DNA of 48,005 bases. Source: Rickettsiales bacterium (GTDB lineage Bacteria; Pseudomonadota; Alphaproteobacteria; Rickettsiales; UBA1997). Shown one piece after another: positions 25,073 through 34,820 of this stretch. The position numbers and the translations under genes were made by a program. The stretch is from contig JAIRXW010000016.1 of the NCBI GenBank assembly GCA_031268035.1, positions 1 to 48,005 of the forward strand, read 5' to 3'. Under the pieces are notes generated by a model that was not told where the DNA came from, did not search any database, and worked only from the letters and a program-made list of their open reading frames with translations. Numbering within the stretch: position 1 is the stretch's first letter; every line of letters starts with the position of its first letter.

Positions 25073-28003
25073 TAATTTTTTTATTTCCCTCAGATATCTG
25101 TCAATTTGTTCTGTGTTTATCTCCAACTGAGCCTTCTGGGCAAAATTTTCGGTAAACTTTACTATTATATAGAGAGGCACACTATTTGCGCCAACTTTAT
25201 TCAGAACGGCCGAAGTATTTATAGCATCTATGGTGGTGTTTTCACTTTTATTGTCTATTCTAAGTACAAATTTTGTAGATATGCCATTGCCCCAGGCATC
25301 CGTGACTAGGTCACAGACACCGTTTCTAATGGTGAAGAGGCCATTGAAATTGTTGAATAGAGTGCCGCTGTCATTAAAAATAATCTCTCTGGGGTTGAGC
25401 CCAAGCAGGGTTTTGTCTACGTAAACCCTGGATAATTTTTTCCTCAGATCATCGAGGCCGAGTTTTTTTATGAATAGAGATTTACCAAGGAATTTAAATT
25501 GCATATCCAGCGAAGCATCGAAAACAACCTCTGATGGGCCAGTTCCCTTAAGTAGTCCACCTACACCTAGAGTCCCTCTGAGATCCCAGTCGCTGCCCTC
25601 ATCACCCTCTGTGAATAGCCCTATGATTTCTTCTATGTTGTAGGTGGTTTCGGTGAGAACTAGATTTAGTGATTTAGTATCTCTAAGATCCACTATACCC
25701 CTGAGTTCCGTTGTGCCTCCGAGGCCATAGAATTTAAAGTTTTTAATGGCGAAAACTCCATCTTCGATGGTGCTGGAAAAAAATAAATTATTAAGTTGGG
25801 CGTTATTTATTAGAATGTTTTCGACCACAATATTAATTTTTCCATCGATTTCATCAAACTTTGGAATAGAAAATAATTTATTTATCCAGTATTTGGATTG
25901 GTTATCTGGGTTGCTGGGCGTCTTCAGAATTAGATTTCTATATTTTTCCACATCGAACACCTGGCTGATCAGATCCCCTCTCGATTCTAAACTATTGATC
26001 CTGAGATCTATACCCACAATGGGGTTTCTTCCTGCTATGTTCAGCAGAATCCTTCCAGAAATTCCTCTGATGGTATTAAAATCTATGTTTTCTATATTGT
26101 ATAGATTTATATAGCCAGGGGAATAGTTAACTCTTGTTCTAATGTTAGTGGCGTCAAATTTGTCGCCGTAGCTAAGTTTTTCAATGTGGAGTTCTGCGAA
26201 TATGTTATTGGCAAAATTGTTTAGCCACAGGAACTTTTCCTTCATTGTGAGAACATTTTTCTTTTCGCCGACGGCCAGATTAATTTCATCTATGTTCGCC
26301 GTATAGGCGAGGTAAATGTCGCTTCCTCCGAATGAATATTCCACAGAACCGGTTATTTTTGTTCTATCATCTCCGGCCTCGTAGTCCGCTAAATATATGG
26401 TATCATCATGCACAAATACACTGGATTTTATGGTAAAATCTTTTAGTTCCCAGATATTTGGAATACTGAAAAAATCAGCGATATGGTCGAAATTTTTACC
26501 GGCTATTCGCAGGTCGCTCACAAAAAAACCATCTATTTCCCGTTGGTTTTCCACAACGACTTCCATATCGTTGAGACCCATGGTAAAATTATTTATTTTG
26601 TAACTGCCGTCAATTATTTTGAAATCAAAGGTGGAATTCGTCAGGTTGATATTGCCTTTTTTGAGATTTTTCACACCTATTTTTATGTCACTATTTCTTA
26701 GATTTTCGGTTTTTGTATTTCCTAGGAGACTAAATAGTTCCTCGCTCCTCAGAACTTTGAAAATTGATATTTTATCCTGATCCACAGCGGTCTTCGGCCT
26801 GAGAATATTTAGAGTGATCCCATCCAAATTCAGATTATTTATAAACACACTCAGTTCATTTTCATCCTCAATTTTTCGGAAACTGCCCCGCATGTTTATA
26901 TCCTCACTGTTCAGTGTAAAATTTTTCACCTGGTAGGATAATTTATTTTTTTCTCCCTCCATAGAAAACTGAAGACCCTTTTTGTAGTCGACGAGAGATC
27001 GATATTTAGAATTTTCCGGCAGAATCCACTGGAAGAAATTATTGAATCCCGTCGTGTTTATCTGTAGTTTATAGTTTGCCGTGAGGTCGTCAAAATTTTC
27101 TCTGAGTATATCTCCTCCGGTGTATTCAAAACTAATATTATCTAGTAATTCGCTAGAAATATTGAAATTCAGCGCTTGATTATTTCCCTCGTTTCCAAAG
27201 GTGAGAACAATATTCCCCGCCACATTATTCAGAATGAAATTTGCCTCGATTTTTTTATTTTTTGAGGTGGTTAATTTTCCAGAGATGGCGTGTATCTCTT
27301 TATACACAACGGTGTCAGACATGCTGACATTAATTCCAGAAAATGCTATGTTTTTCCCGGTGAAATTAATGCTGTTGTCCTCCGTGGTTGCCAATAGATC
27401 CAGCAGCATAAGTCTTGCTCTGCTATTATCCACATTTATGACCCTATCCTCTATCACCTCCACTTCTCTGTAGCCGCTCCTTGTGTCGCCATTCCCAGTG
27501 AATATGGTTTTAAGTTTATCTTTGAAGCCAAGAACTTCATTTTCTTCGAGTTTCACCAGCTTTTTTACGGTTTCTTTCTCTATATAGAAATCCTCTAGAG
27601 GGTCACTCTGGACGCTGACTTCAACGCCACTGACTGCTATGCCGGTGGCATTAATTTTCCCTCTGAAAAAGGCGGCGAAACCCAGTCTAACCTCAACCCT
27701 TCTGATGGCAGCATCTATCGACTGGCCTCTGTAGTGTATAGCTGCCAAATTAACATTGTTTATTATCAGCTTTACACTGGGGAAAACCGAGAGTTCAATT
27801 TTGCCATCTATAGAGAATCGCATATTTCTGTCGCGTAGAAAATAATTTTCTCTCTGTTCTTCTATTTTCTGCTGAAGCAAAATATTTATTTTATTTTTAG
27901 TTTCCCCGACGTCTAGGCGATTTTTAGCCACAACCAAAAGCGCGACGTAGGACGACACACACAATCCCAAAAAAACAAATACAATTTTCTTCATCTCGGG
28001 CAT
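25064..28003 (-). CDS. AsmA-like (bridge-like, beta-rich) envelope protein
   Basis: 979 aa. N-terminal TM, IDGKIELSVFPSVKLIINNV..IRRVEVRLG (AsmA N-terminus-like), C-terminal GTLFNNFNGLFTIRNG. Confidence 0.65.
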   Translation of the reverse strand: MPEMKKIVFVFLGLCVSSYVALLVVAKNRLDVGETKNKINILLQQKIEEQRENYFLRDRNMRFSIDGKIELSVFPSVKLIINNVNLAAIHYRGQSIDAAIRRVEVRLGFAAFFRGKINATGIAVSGVEVSVQSDPLEDFYIEKETVKKLVKLEENEVLGFKDKLKTIFTGNGDTRSGYREVEVIEDRVINVDNSRARLMLLDLLATTEDNSINFTGKNIAFSGINVSMSDTVVYKEIHAISGKLTTSKNKKIEANFILNNVAGNIVLTFGNEGNNQALNFNISSELLDNISFEYTGGDILRENFDDLTANYKLQINTTGFNNFFQWILPENSKYRSLVDYKKGLQFSMEGEKNKLSYQVKNFTLNSEDINMRGSFRKIEDENELSVFINNLNLDGITLNILRPKTAVDQDKISIFKVLRSEELFSLLGNTKTENLRNSDIKIGVKNLKKGNINLTNSTFDFKIIDGSYKINNFTMGLNDMEVVVENQREIDGFFVSDLRIAGKNFDHIADFFSIPNIWELKDFTIKSSVFVHDDTIYLADYEAGDDRTKITGSVEYSFGGSDIYLAYTANIDEINLAVGEKKNVLTMKEKFLWLNNFANNIFAELHIEKLSYGDKFDATNIRTRVNYSPGYINLYNIENIDFNTIRGISGRILLNIAGRNPIVGIDLRINSLESRGDLISQVFDVEKYRNLILKTPSNPDNQSKYWINKLFSIPKFDEIDGKINIVVENILINNAQLNNLFFSSTIEDGVFAIKNFKFYGLGGTTELRGIVDLRDTKSLNLVLTETTYNIEEIIGLFTEGDEGSDWDLRGTLGVGGLLKGTGPSEVVFDASLDMQFKFLGKSLFIKKLGLDDLRKKLSRVYVDKTLLGLNPREIIFNDSGTLFNNFNGLFTIRNGVCDLVTDAWGNGISTKFVLRIDNKSENTTIDAINTSAVLNKVGANSVPLYIIVKFTENFAQKAQLEINTEQIDRYLREIKKLSK

Positions 28004-28395
28004 TCCTAGCCAATGGGGCCCAGAATAATATAGTGCTGATAAATGTAAATATTATAATTATTGATGCACAAATTTATAACATTACTGTGTAAAATAAAGG
28101 AAATTTATCTCGCGTGCTGAGGACTTTGGCAGCGGACCTGTCTACCACTGGAAAATACTAGCACAACGGCCAAAAATCTCCCCATCTGAGATATTTTACC
28201 ATTCTCGGGTCCCGGGGATTAGAAATTTATATAGCAGATAAATTCAGATAGAAAATCCCATTTTTCTCCATGTTTCCAGAGATCTTCTGACTAACTCTGA
28301 AATCATTTCTTAAATTTTAGAATAAAATCCCCCCTAGAATTTTCTAGATTTATTTTTTTTCTAGGAATTGTTCTATCTAAGTTTTTGCCCCCCAA

Positions 28396-30209
28396 TCATT
28401 TTCCTCCCAGCGTGTTATTTTTATTCGACGAACTCTTACCGCCCAGTGATTGGTTGTTATTATTTATTGATTGGTCGGGCGCCACGTCGGTGATTGTCAC
28501 TCCTTTAAAGACGTTCAGAGGCGAATTCTCAGGAGGCTGCTCTGTTTTTGCTTCTACTGCTTCGGAGTAGTTGAAGTTCTCAAGTTTTTTTCTCTTATTT
28601 TCATCTTCTTTTCCTTCGTTCCATTCTTCTTCGTAGTATTCCATAACTCCTTCTTTATTTTTTATGGCGTGTATTCCCTTTCCATGCATTACCCCTTCCT
28701 TGAATTCTCCATCGTAGAAATCTCCATTCTCAAAGGTAAGTTTTCCTTTTCCTTCCCTCGCGTCACACACAAAGTCTCCTTCGTAGACATCTCCATTCGC
28801 ATAGGTAAGTTTTCCTTTTCCTTCGAACTCCCGCATCCCATTCTCGAAATTTCCTTCGAAGACATTTCCATTCTTAAAGGTAAGTTTTCCTTTTCCTTCT
28901 TCCTTGCCATTGGCAAAGTCTCCCACGTAGTCACTTCCGTCCCTATAGGTAAGTTTTCCTTCTCCTTCAGGTTTTCCGTCCACTAAGTCTCCTACGTAGA
29001 CATTCCCATTTCCATAGGTAAGTTTTCCTTTTCCTTTAGGTTTTCCGTCCACTAAGTCTCCTTCGTAACTAGTTCCGTCCCTATAGGTAAATGTTCCTTT
29101 TTCGTTAGGCTTCCCCTCCTTGAATTCTCCTTTGCAGACATCTCCATTCGCATAGATAATTTTTCCTCTTCCTTCAGGCGCCCCATTCACAAAGTTTCCT
29201 ACGTAGACATCTCCTTTCTTATCTCCATTCGCATAGATAATTTTTCCTCTTCCTTCAGGTTTTCCATCCACTAAGTCTCCTACGTAGACATCTCCATTTG
29301 CATAGGTAAATTTTTCTTTTCCTTTAAATTCTAGGTTTACCGTTATTTCTTCCGAAATCTCCTCTAGACTCTTTCTTTCGTTTGGATTTGGGTTAAGCAT
29401 ATTCTTTATTGCAGAGCCAAAAATACCACTAAGTTCCTTTGGCTCTATGGATTTTATTTTTTTTTCAAGAAATTTTTCTAATGTGTCGGGCATAAGTTGA
29501 AGTGTATAAGATGACAAAAATCCTCCTAAGTCTGTTCTTTCCAAATTCAGTTCTTTTAATAGTTCATACACTATCGTAGTTTCTCCGGTGAGGGTCTCTA
29601 GGAAGACAAGTCCTAGAGCCCAAACATCGGCTTTTTGGGATCACGGGTTTCTCCGTTTGTGTAGTCAGTGGTTATTATCTCTGGTGACATATAGTATGGA
29701 GTACCATATTGCCCGGTTACCTCTGTTTCTTTTCCAACAAAACCATAGTCGATAATTTTTGGGTTTCCCCCGCTATCTATTACAATATTGCCAGGCTTAA
29801 TGTCTTCATGGGAGATGCCAAGTTCATCATGCATGCATTTGTAACCATCTAGCAGATCCGTTAAAAACTTGGTTTTGTCCTGGAAGGGGAGAGCGTCTGA
29901 GTTTTCTAGAACTTTTTCTAGATCATACTCCCCTGCCTTTTCCATCATAACAATTTCCTTATCAACGTATAAAATTTTTGTTAGGGAATCAGGAATTCCT
30001 TTATCTTTTGTGGCTTCATAAAATATTTTATCACCCTCTTCAGTTTTTCTATTTTTTTTCGCTTTTTTGACGACAAATTCGCCACTGGACGTTTTTACTT
30101 TATACGCAACATTGCAGCCCCCTTCGCCTAGGCGCTCAACTTTGTCTGTTTCGCTAGCCCATCCATTTTTGACTAAATATTTTTTAACATTAAGTAAATT
30201 ATCTGTCAT
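28396..30209 (-). pseudogene. Hanks-type Ser/Thr kinase fused to MORN repeats, split by one frameshift at 29632-29636 (pseudogene, programmed frameshift or assembly error). About 604 aa when joined
   Basis: ORF 29613-30209 has LGEGG, VVKK, HEDIKPGN, DYG, GTPYYMSPE. Shifting -1 at CCC-AAA-AAG gives KADVWALGLVFLE (subdomain IX), continuous with ORF 28396-29571, which has MLNPNPNER (XI) and then MORN repeats. Confidence 0.85.
28610..29322 (-). repeat. About 10 MORN repeats (23 aa, about 69-bp DNA period)
   Basis: Recurrent GKGKLTYxNGDVYxGDFxxGxxE. DNA motif (T/A)AGGTAAGTTTTCCTT recurs on the + strand. Confidence 0.9.
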
Positions 30210-30493
30210 ATAAATCCAAATTTCTTTAAAAAATTAACAATAGCCCCCGTATAACTTCAATGGAATTTATCCATAATGTGCAAAATATGAGACTTATTGC
30301 TCTATAAGAGAGATAATCATCATTAATAATAAAAAGTCAAGGAGTTTTTTTATGGATTATCGAATAGATAGATAATTAAAACAGATCGCACTCTATTCTA
30401 GGCCCGGAGTCTTTTCTGGGCTAGTATATGCCACTAATCGGAGTGGCAAATTTATCCCGTGGACTATGAACTTCTACAAATTCCATATTTTTC

Positions 30494-30522
30494 TTGACTT
30501 ATTAAAAATATTCTTGCAGACT
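30494..30522 (+). promoter_or_regulatory. Possible S10 operon promoter
   Basis: TTGACT-N17-CAGACT upstream of the leader hairpin. Confidence 0.35.
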
Positions 30523-30537
30523 GCAACAATCAGCGTT

Positions 30538-30575
30538 GGTGGTGTTTCTAGGGAAACCTACCACCTCTTTTATTT
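30538..30575 (+). promoter_or_regulatory. Hairpin plus U-rich tract in the S10 leader (attenuator or r-protein leader-like)
   Basis: GGTGGT-GTTTC-TAGG-GAAAC-CT-ACCACC followed by TCTTTTATTT. Confidence 0.55.
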
Positions 30576-30603
30576 GGTTGCTGCCATAATTTTGTTCAGA
30601 TTG

Positions 30604-30927
30604 ATGAAGAATAGTGAAGGTATTAGGATTGTTCTGAAGGCGTTTGATGTGGGTATTTTGAATCGCGCTGTGCAGGAAATAGTTGGAACTGTGAAAAGGA
30701 CCGGTGCCAAAATGGCTGGCCCCATTCCTCTGCCAATGCACAAAAGAAAATTTACGGTTATCAGATCGCCCCATATCTATAAGAGGAGTATGGAGCAGTA
30801 CGAAATAAGATCTCTGAAAAGGTTACTGATAATAATGCCCTCGCCCCAGACGGTGGAGGCATTGATGAAATTGAACCTTTCTGCTGGAGTGGATATTAAG
30901 ATTTCTCTTAATGGAGGAGGGGAATAA
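30604..30927 (+). CDS. rpsJ: 30S ribosomal protein S10
   Basis: [34 protein letters not shown]. Start moved to ATG 30604. Confidence 0.96.
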   Translation: MKNSEGIRIVLKAFDVGILNRAVQEIVGTVKRTGAKMAGPIPLPMHKRKFTVIRSPHIYKRSMEQYEIRSLKRLLIIMPSPQTVEALMKLNLSAGVDIKISLNGGGE

Positions 30928-31559
30928 TGTTAGCGGTTATTGGGAAAAAGTTAGGGATGACTCGACTATATCTTGAGGGAGGACTGGCTGTGCCGGTGAC
31001 CCTGGTACGAGTCTACGATAGTCTTATAAGTGACTTCAAAACCTATGCCGATAGGAATTTTAACCATGTGACTCTCTCCTATGGGAAGGATAAAAAAACT
31101 GAAAATAGAATTGGTAAGGCCGTGCTTGGGTTCTACAAAAAAAAAGAGCTCGAGGCCTACGATAGTATGAAAACCTTCAAGGTGGAAAAGGGTGAAGAAT
31201 TTTCTGTGGGGAGTTTTTGGGGCATTGATCATCTGGTGCAAAATGCCAAAGTGGACGTTACCGGTGTGTCCAAAGGGAAAGGTTTTGCCGGTGTTGTGAA
31301 AAAGTTTGGTTTTAGAGGTCAATTGGCGCAGCATGGTAGTTCTCTATCCCACAGATCTCTCGGAGGCACAGGCTCCAGAAGAAGAGAGGGAAAGGTTTTC
31401 AGGGGCAAAAAGATGGCTGGGCGTATGGGTTCAGAAAAAGTTACGATTAAGAATCTAGAAATAGTTAGGATTGAAAGTGAAAATTCTGTTCTGTGTCTAA
31501 AGGGTGCTGTGCCCGGCTCTAGAGGAATGAAACTTATAATCAGAAGTTCAATCATATAG
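30927..31559 (+). CDS. rplC: 50S ribosomal protein L3
   Basis: GKKLGMT, VDVTGVSKGKGFAG, KKMAGRMG, KGAVPG. Confidence 0.97.
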   Translation: MLAVIGKKLGMTRLYLEGGLAVPVTLVRVYDSLISDFKTYADRNFNHVTLSYGKDKKTENRIGKAVLGFYKKKELEAYDSMKTFKVEKGEEFSVGSFWGIDHLVQNAKVDVTGVSKGKGFAGVVKKFGFRGQLAQHGSSLSHRSLGGTGSRRREGKVFRGKKMAGRMGSEKVTIKNLEIVRIESENSVLCLKGAVPGSRGMKLIIRSSII

Positions 31560-31564
31560 GATTC

Positions 31565-32188
31565 GTGATGCAGCAATTGTTGGTACTAAATTTAGATAGT
31601 CTGGAGGAAACCTGGAGCGGCTTTGAGACCGTTGATCTGGATTCTTCGGAGGGGGAGAGGTGCGTTCCCATGGTGGTTAAATGGCAAATGGCGAAAGCTA
31701 GATCTGGCACCGCCAAAACCAAGCTAATGTCCGAGATATCTGGCTCCACAAGAAAGATAGTTAGACAGAAGGGCAGTGGTGGCGCAAGACATGGCTCTGT
31801 GCGGGCTGTGCAATTTGTCGGAGGGCGAACTTGCTTTGGCCCACAGCCAAGGGATTTCAGTTTTTCGCTCCCGAAGAAGGTTGTTGCTCGCGCGAAAAAG
31901 TTTGTTCTCAGGGAGAAAGTTAGAAATAGAAAAGTAGTGCTGATTGAGGGGATGGATGCCCTGAAATTGAGTACGGGGGAGCTCGAAAGAAAGCTTCGGA
32001 GCAAAAATATAGAGAGGGCTCTGGTTGTGTTTGACGAGGACTACAGAAATTTTACCCTTTCTCTGAGGAACCTTTTTAATTTTAAAAGTTTACCGAATAG
32101 CGCGCTCAATGTGTTGGATATACTGAGTTTTGACTATTTACTTCTCGATAGGAAACTTTTAAATAACCTGGAAGAGGTGATGCTATGA
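31565..32188 (+). CDS. rplD: 50S ribosomal protein L4
   Basis: GTAKTK..QKGSGGARHGS..GG..FGPQPR. Confidence 0.95.
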   Translation: MMQQLLVLNLDSLEETWSGFETVDLDSSEGERCVPMVVKWQMAKARSGTAKTKLMSEISGSTRKIVRQKGSGGARHGSVRAVQFVGGRTCFGPQPRDFSFSLPKKVVARAKKFVLREKVRNRKVVLIEGMDALKLSTGELERKLRSKNIERALVVFDEDYRNFTLSLRNLFNFKSLPNSALNVLDILSFDYLLLDRKLLNNLEEVML

Positions 32189-32484
32189 GTTTTGGACGTG
32201 TCTACGACATTATAGTTTCCGCCCTGGTCACAGAGAAAACAAATCTGCAGATGGCGGACAACAAGATTGTGCTGGAGGTCTTGACCAGTGCCACAAAGAA
32301 TGATGTGAAAAAGGCCGTGGAAACGGTTTTTGGTTTTGAGGTTGAGAAGGTTAATATTGCCACGGTTGCCGGAAAAGTTAAGAAATTTAAAGGGGTGGAG
32401 GGCTGTAGAGGACCTAAAAAGAAGGCCGTGGTTAGCTTCAAAAAAGGACAGCAGCTGGACCTGACAAAGCTGGAGGTGAAATAG
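32185..32484 (+). CDS. rplW: 50S ribosomal protein L23
   Basis: VTEK, ATKNDVKKAVE.VF..V.KVN, KKAVV. Confidence 0.95.
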   Translation: MSFGRVYDIIVSALVTEKTNLQMADNKIVLEVLTSATKNDVKKAVETVFGFEVEKVNIATVAGKVKKFKGVEGCRGPKKKAVVSFKKGQQLDLTKLEVK

Positions 32485-32490
32485 AGAAAA

Positions 32491-33315
32491 ATGGCGATGA
32501 GGAATTTTAGACCTATCACAAAATCTATGAGAGGTCTTAAGCTGATTGATAGAACTGGTCTCTGGGATGCTGGTCCTGTGAAAATGCTGACACAGCAGAA
32601 GAACAGTAAGGCGGGGCGCAATAACCATGGGCACATAACTGTTCGTAGGCGCGGCAGTGGGCACAAACAGACCTATAGAACTATAGATTTTAGAAGAAAT
32701 AGATACGATATGGCGGCCTCCATTGAAAGAATCGAATACGATCCAAATAGAAGTGCCTTCATAGCTCTGTTGAAATATGCCGATGATGTTATGTCCTACA
32801 TAATAGCCCCGGAGGGAATTAGAGTGGGAGACGTGGTGTCATCGTCGAGAAAATTATTAGACATAAAACCTGGGAATGCTATGCCCCTGGCCGTTATGCC
32901 TATAGGTACCTTTATACATAATATTGAAAATAAACCTGGCGCCGGTGGAAAGGTGACGAGAAGTGCTGGAAATTTTGCTCAGCTAGCCGGAAAAGATGAG
33001 GGCTATGCCATAGTTAGGCTGCAATCGGGCGAGACAAAAAAATTTCCACTGGATTGTTTGGCCACGGTTGGGCCAGTTAGCAATTCGGATAAGAAAAATG
33101 AAAAGTTGGGTAAGGCTGGTAGAAACAGATGGTTGGGCAAAAGACCTAGTGTCAGAGGGGAATCTATGAACCCCGTCGACCATCCCCATGGTGGTAGAAC
33201 CAGAGGCGGTAGAAACCCAGTTTCTCCCACAGGGGTTTGTGCTAGAGGTGGTAGAACTCGCAGAGTAAACAATCCTACCAATAGATTTATAGTGAAAAGT
33301 CGCCATAAGAAATAG
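32491..33315 (+). CDS. rplB: 50S ribosomal protein L2
   Basis: GRNNHGHIT, IEYDPNRSA, GKAGRNRW, MNPVDHPHGG. Confidence 0.98.
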   Translation: MAMRNFRPITKSMRGLKLIDRTGLWDAGPVKMLTQQKNSKAGRNNHGHITVRRRGSGHKQTYRTIDFRRNRYDMAASIERIEYDPNRSAFIALLKYADDVMSYIIAPEGIRVGDVVSSSRKLLDIKPGNAMPLAVMPIGTFIHNIENKPGAGGKVTRSAGNFAQLAGKDEGYAIVRLQSGETKKFPLDCLATVGPVSNSDKKNEKLGKAGRNRWLGKRPSVRGESMNPVDHPHGGRTRGGRNPVSPTGVCARGGRTRRVNNPTNRFIVKSRHKK

Positions 33316-33325
33316 AGGGTAACAT

Positions 33326-33613
33326 ATGAAAAGATCAGTTTGGAAAATCCCCTTTGTGGATGGGTATCTAATTAAAAAGGCCAAAATAGCTTCGCTGGAC
33401 CCCAAAAAGCCGGTGATAAAGACCTGGTCGAGGAGATCAACGATTCTACCTCAGTTTGTGGGGTTGAGTTTCACTGTCCATAATGGTAAAAAATTTATTC
33501 CGGTTTTGGTGTCAGAGGATATGGTGGGACATAAGTTTGGTGAATTTGCTCCCACGAGAACATTTCGGGCCCATAGTGGTAATAGGAAAGTAAAAACAAA
33601 GGAGACTAAATAA
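33326..33613 (+). CDS. rpsS: 30S ribosomal protein S19
   Basis: [30 protein letters not shown]. Confidence 0.97.
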   Translation: MKRSVWKIPFVDGYLIKKAKIASLDPKKPVIKTWSRRSTILPQFVGLSFTVHNGKKFIPVLVSEDMVGHKFGEFAPTRTFRAHSGNRKVKTKETK

Positions 33614-33999
33614 TGGTGAAATTAGGCGTGAGGGGAGAGTCTACGGGTGAAGAGGAAAAATATGCGCAGGCTTACCTAAAGAATCTGAGAGGTGGTATGA
33701 CGAAATTGGGGAAACTCACAAAAAGTATTCAGGGATTGCCAGTGGGTAAGGCAATGACCCAATTGAGTTTTTGCAATCTCAGACTGGCCTCCCCCATAAA
33801 AAATTTATTGAAATCCGCTATAACCAATGCGGAAAATAACCATGGGATGGACATGGACAAACTGGTAATTCATCGAATGGATATGGGCAGAGCTTTCACC
33901 ATGAAAAGGTCTAGAGCCAGAGCGAAAGGCAGAGGGTCCAGAATTCATAAACCATTTTGTCATCTAAGAATTATTCTAGCTGAAAAGGAGGAGAAGTAA
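33613..33999 (+). CDS. rplV: 50S ribosomal protein L22
   Basis: LKSAITNAENN, KRSRARAKGR, operon position. Confidence 0.95.
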   Translation: MVKLGVRGESTGEEEKYAQAYLKNLRGGMTKLGKLTKSIQGLPVGKAMTQLSFCNLRLASPIKNLLKSAITNAENNHGMDMDKLVIHRMDMGRAFTMKRSRARAKGRGSRIHKPFCHLRIILAEKEEK

Positions 34000-34000
34000 T

Positions 34001-34621
34001 ATGGGGCAAAAAGTAGATCCAGTTTGTTTTAGATTGTCTTTGAATAATAATTGGACATCCATCTGGTGTAACGACCATAAAAAATACAAGGATAATTTCA
34101 TAAAAGATCTGCGTATATGGGATTATATCCTAAAAAACTTCAAAAATTGTGCCATTTCGAGGGTAACCACCGAGAGAACTAACGATCGTCTCGTTGTCCT
34201 GATAAAAACGGCGAAGCCGGGAGTTATCATAGGGAAAAGAGGGGCTGACATAGAAAAAATCAGGAAACATATCCAGCAGAACATAAAAGAAAAGGATGTG
34301 CTGGTTAAGATAGTGGAGGTGGAAAAACCTGATTTGGATGCCTGGCTGATCGGACAAAATATAGCTAAACAGATAGAAAATAGGGCGGCTTTCAAGAGGG
34401 TTGTGAAAAAAGCGATCCAGAATGTTATGAAATACGGTGCTCTGGGGGTAAAAATTAAGGTGGCTGGTCGGCTCAATGGTGTTGACATAGCGAGAACGGA
34501 GACCTACCGAGAGGGATCGATTCCTCTTCACACTCTGAGAGCCAATGTGAGCTATTCCCACACAGAGGCTAGATGTAGCTATGGTATGATCGGCATTAGA
34601 GTTTGGGTCTATAAAAAATAG
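34001..34621 (+). CDS. rpsC: 30S ribosomal protein S3
   Basis: [45 protein letters not shown]. Confidence 0.97.
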   Translation: MGQKVDPVCFRLSLNNNWTSIWCNDHKKYKDNFIKDLRIWDYILKNFKNCAISRVTTERTNDRLVVLIKTAKPGVIIGKRGADIEKIRKHIQQNIKEKDVLVKIVEVEKPDLDAWLIGQNIAKQIENRAAFKRVVKKAIQNVMKYGALGVKIKVAGRLNGVDIARTETYREGSIPLHTLRANVSYSHTEARCSYGMIGIRVWVYKK

Positions 34622-34633
34622 AGCCAGTGTCCC

Positions 34634-34669
34634 GGAGACAAAACTGGAGACAAAGCCGGAAATAAAATC
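34634..34669. repeat. Three degenerate 12-bp tandem units downstream of rpsC
   Basis: GGAGACAAAACT / GGAGACAAAGCC / GGAAATAAAATC. Confidence 0.6.
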
Positions 34670-34674
34670 AATGA

Positions 34675-34820
34675 GGATCGATTCCTCTTCACACTCTGAG
34701 AGCCAATGGAAGCTGTTCCCACAGAGAGGCTAGATGTAGCTATGGTATGATTGGCACTGGAGTTTGGCTCTATAAAAAATAGAGCCAGTGTCCCGGATAC
34801 AAAACTGGAAATAAAATCAA
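34675..34820 (+). repeat. Degenerate copy 2 of the rpsC 3' end plus downstream flank (copy of 34514-34671)
   Basis: Aligns from GGATCGATTCCTCTTCACAC through the stop codon and AGCCAGTGTCCCGGA..AAATAAAATCAA, with a few substitutions and one 12-bp unit missing. Confidence 0.95.

Noticed and set aside
28610-29322. 69-bp periodic DNA as a CRISPR or non-coding repeat
   Set aside because: Fully explained by in-frame MORN repeats.
28396-29571. MORN protein as an independent gene starting at GTG 29571
   Set aside because: Its frame extends upstream to DVWALG and contains kinase subdomain XI, so it is the second half of the kinase gene.
30466-30603. 46-aa N-terminal extension of S10 in the ORF track
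   Set aside because: The region holds the promoter-like element and leader hairpin. S10 homology starts near ATG 30604.
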